Assembly (NCBI GenBank): GCA_964631935.1
Contig: CAZWAV010000001.1
Coordinates: 70,979-114,481, forward strand
DNA: 43,503 nt
Reading direction: 5' to 3'
Origin: an uncultured Candidatus Saccharibacteria bacterium
GTDB taxonomy: Bacteria; Patescibacteriota; Minisyncoccia; Phycocordibacterales; UBA9973
In this document: in pieces, positions 42,472-43,503 of the stretch
Layout: each line of letters opens with the position of its first letter
How positions within the stretch are numbered: the stretch's first letter is position 1
Translations under genes and position numbers: made by a program
The notes under the pieces: model-generated
What the model saw: the letters and a program-made list of their open reading frames with translations, nothing else
The model's database searches: none
Told to the model about the DNA's origin: nothing

Positions 42472-43503
42472 ATGAAGGTATTACTTACAGGAGGCGGAAC
42501 AGGAGGACATTTCTACCCGCTTATTGCAATTGCTGAGGAATTAAATTCAATCGCCCAAAAAGAAAAGATAATAGATCTTAAGCTCTACTACATGTCTGAT
42601 TCTCCTTACGATAAGCGTATGCTTTTTGAGAACAGAATGACTTTCGTTCAAGTTCCAGCTGGTAAGATGCGATTATATTTCTCTATTAGAAATTTTTTCG
42701 ATATTTTCAAAACAGCTATTGGAGCATTTTTTGGTTTTATAACAATGTTCTTTATCTATCCTGACGTAGTTATTTCGAAAGGTGGTTATGCTGCTTTTCC
42801 TGCTGTGTTCGCTGCTAAATTACTTCGTATTCCAGTTATAATCCACGAATCAGATTCTTCGCCGGGTAGATTAAACCTCTGGACTGCAAAATTTGCGAAA
42901 AACATTGCAGTATCTTGGCCAGAAGCAGGTGAAAAATTCCCCAAAGATAAAACAGCTTTAACTGGCCAGCCTATAAGAAAAGCAATACTGCACGGATCAC
43001 CTGAAGGTGCGTACGATTTCTTTAAATTAAATCCTAGCCTACCTATTATTTTTATTTCTGGTGGCTCATCTGGTGCAGAGAAAATTAATAATGCAATAAT
43101 AGAAGTTCTACCTGAGCTACTTTCAAGATACCAAATAATTCATCAAACAGGTGCAAAGTTGTATGATGATGTTATAGCAAGCTCTAAACTAGTTCTTGAA
43201 GGTAATCAAAATATAGATAGATACAAACCTATGCCATATTTAAATAATCTAAGTATACGTATGGCTGCTGGAATATCTAGCCTAGTAATATCTCGTGCGG
43301 GATCTGCTATTTTTGAAATTGCTTCATGGGGTGTACCTTCAATAATTATTCCAATTACAAACTCAAATGGTGATCATCAAAGAAAAAATGCTTTCAGTTA
43401 TGCCAGGTCTGGCGCATGTGAAGTCATAGAAGAAAGTAACCTTACCTCTCATGTACTTATCGCTGAGATAGATAAACTAATTGGATCAAAAGATAAACTT
43501 CTT
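42472..43503 (+). CDS. murG: UDP-N-acetylglucosamine--N-acetylmuramyl-(pentapeptide) pyrophosphoryl-undecaprenol GlcNAc transferase (3' end outside window)
   Basis: Not in the ORF track because it runs off the window. Hand translation gives MKVLLTGGGTGGHFYPLIAIAEEL..., later HESDSSPG and SRAGSAIFEIASWGVPSIIIP. Confidence 0.9.
   Translation, partial: MKVLLTGGGTGGHFYPLIAIAEELNSIAQKEKIIDLKLYYMSDSPYDKRMLFENRMTFVQVPAGKMRLYFSIRNFFDIFKTAIGAFFGFITMFFIYPDVVISKGGYAAFPAVFAAKLLRIPVIIHESDSSPGRLNLWTAKFAKNIAVSWPEAGEKFPKDKTALTGQPIRKAILHGSPEGAYDFFKLNPSLPIIFISGGSSGAEKINNAIIEVLPELLSRYQIIHQTGAKLYDDVIASSKLVLEGNQNIDRYKPMPYLNNLSIRMAAGISSLVISRAGSAIFEIASWGVPSIIIPITNSNGDHQRKNAFSYARSGACEVIEESNLTSHVLIAEIDKLIGSKDKLL

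Noticed and set aside
1-43503. Scanned intergenic regions and both strands by eye for tRNA, rRNA, tmRNA, CRISPR repeats, transposases, integrases, toxin-antitoxin pairs and known defence-system genes.
   Set aside because: I recognised none. All spacers longer than 60 nt are accounted for by promoters, hairpins or the structured elements reported above. A covariance-model scan would be needed to exclude small RNAs.

Overview
Densely packed (roughly 90% coding), low-GC bacterial segment with almost no Shine-Dalgarno sequences. The core gene content and layout suggest a reduced-genome Patescibacteria/CPR (Parcubacteria-like) organism; that assignment is inference only. Supporting traits are a short AlaRS without the C-Ala domain, an archaeal-type AspRS, the string infA-rpmJ-rpsM-rpsK-rpsD-rpoA-rplQ-rplM-rpsI, and aspS-HIT-scpA-scpB-mraY-ftsW-murG with 0-3 nt gaps. 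Housekeeping content: mnmA (partial), alaS, a DEDD exonuclease, the ribosomal/rpoA cluster, grpE, dnaK, dnaJ, cysS, corA-like, rplU, recR, dnaB, trpS, aspS, HIT, scpAB, mraY, ftsW and murG (partial). Several accessory blocks sit between these. (1) A two-gene operon (635-8485, about 18% of the window) encodes giant secreted YVTN beta-propeller proteins ending in peptidoglycan-binding domains. It contains a shared cassette with atypical codon bias and a perfect 272-bp in-frame internal direct repeat, and is my top candidate for an undescribed surface or host-contact system. (2) An actin-fold ATPase is translationally coupled to a large bitopic membrane protein. (3) Two single-gene insertions (a lipoprotein and a secreted GH25 muramidase) have codon usage unlike their neighbours, plus their own promoters and terminators. 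(4) The chaperone locus is rearranged: a PaaX/Cas2-like regulator and a DUF3467 gene sit between grpE and dnaK, and a GC-rich structured leader lies in front of dnaK. (5) A polyamine module combines a SpeA-like decarboxylase, a deoxyhypusine-synthase-like protein and an agmatinase. (6) A stand-alone DUF2156 gene is followed by a tight operon of polytopic membrane protein, small protein and soluble histidine kinase, with no response regulator in the window. I recognised no rRNA, tRNA, CRISPR array, transposase or integrase. All functional calls rest on motif recognition by eye; no database search was run.
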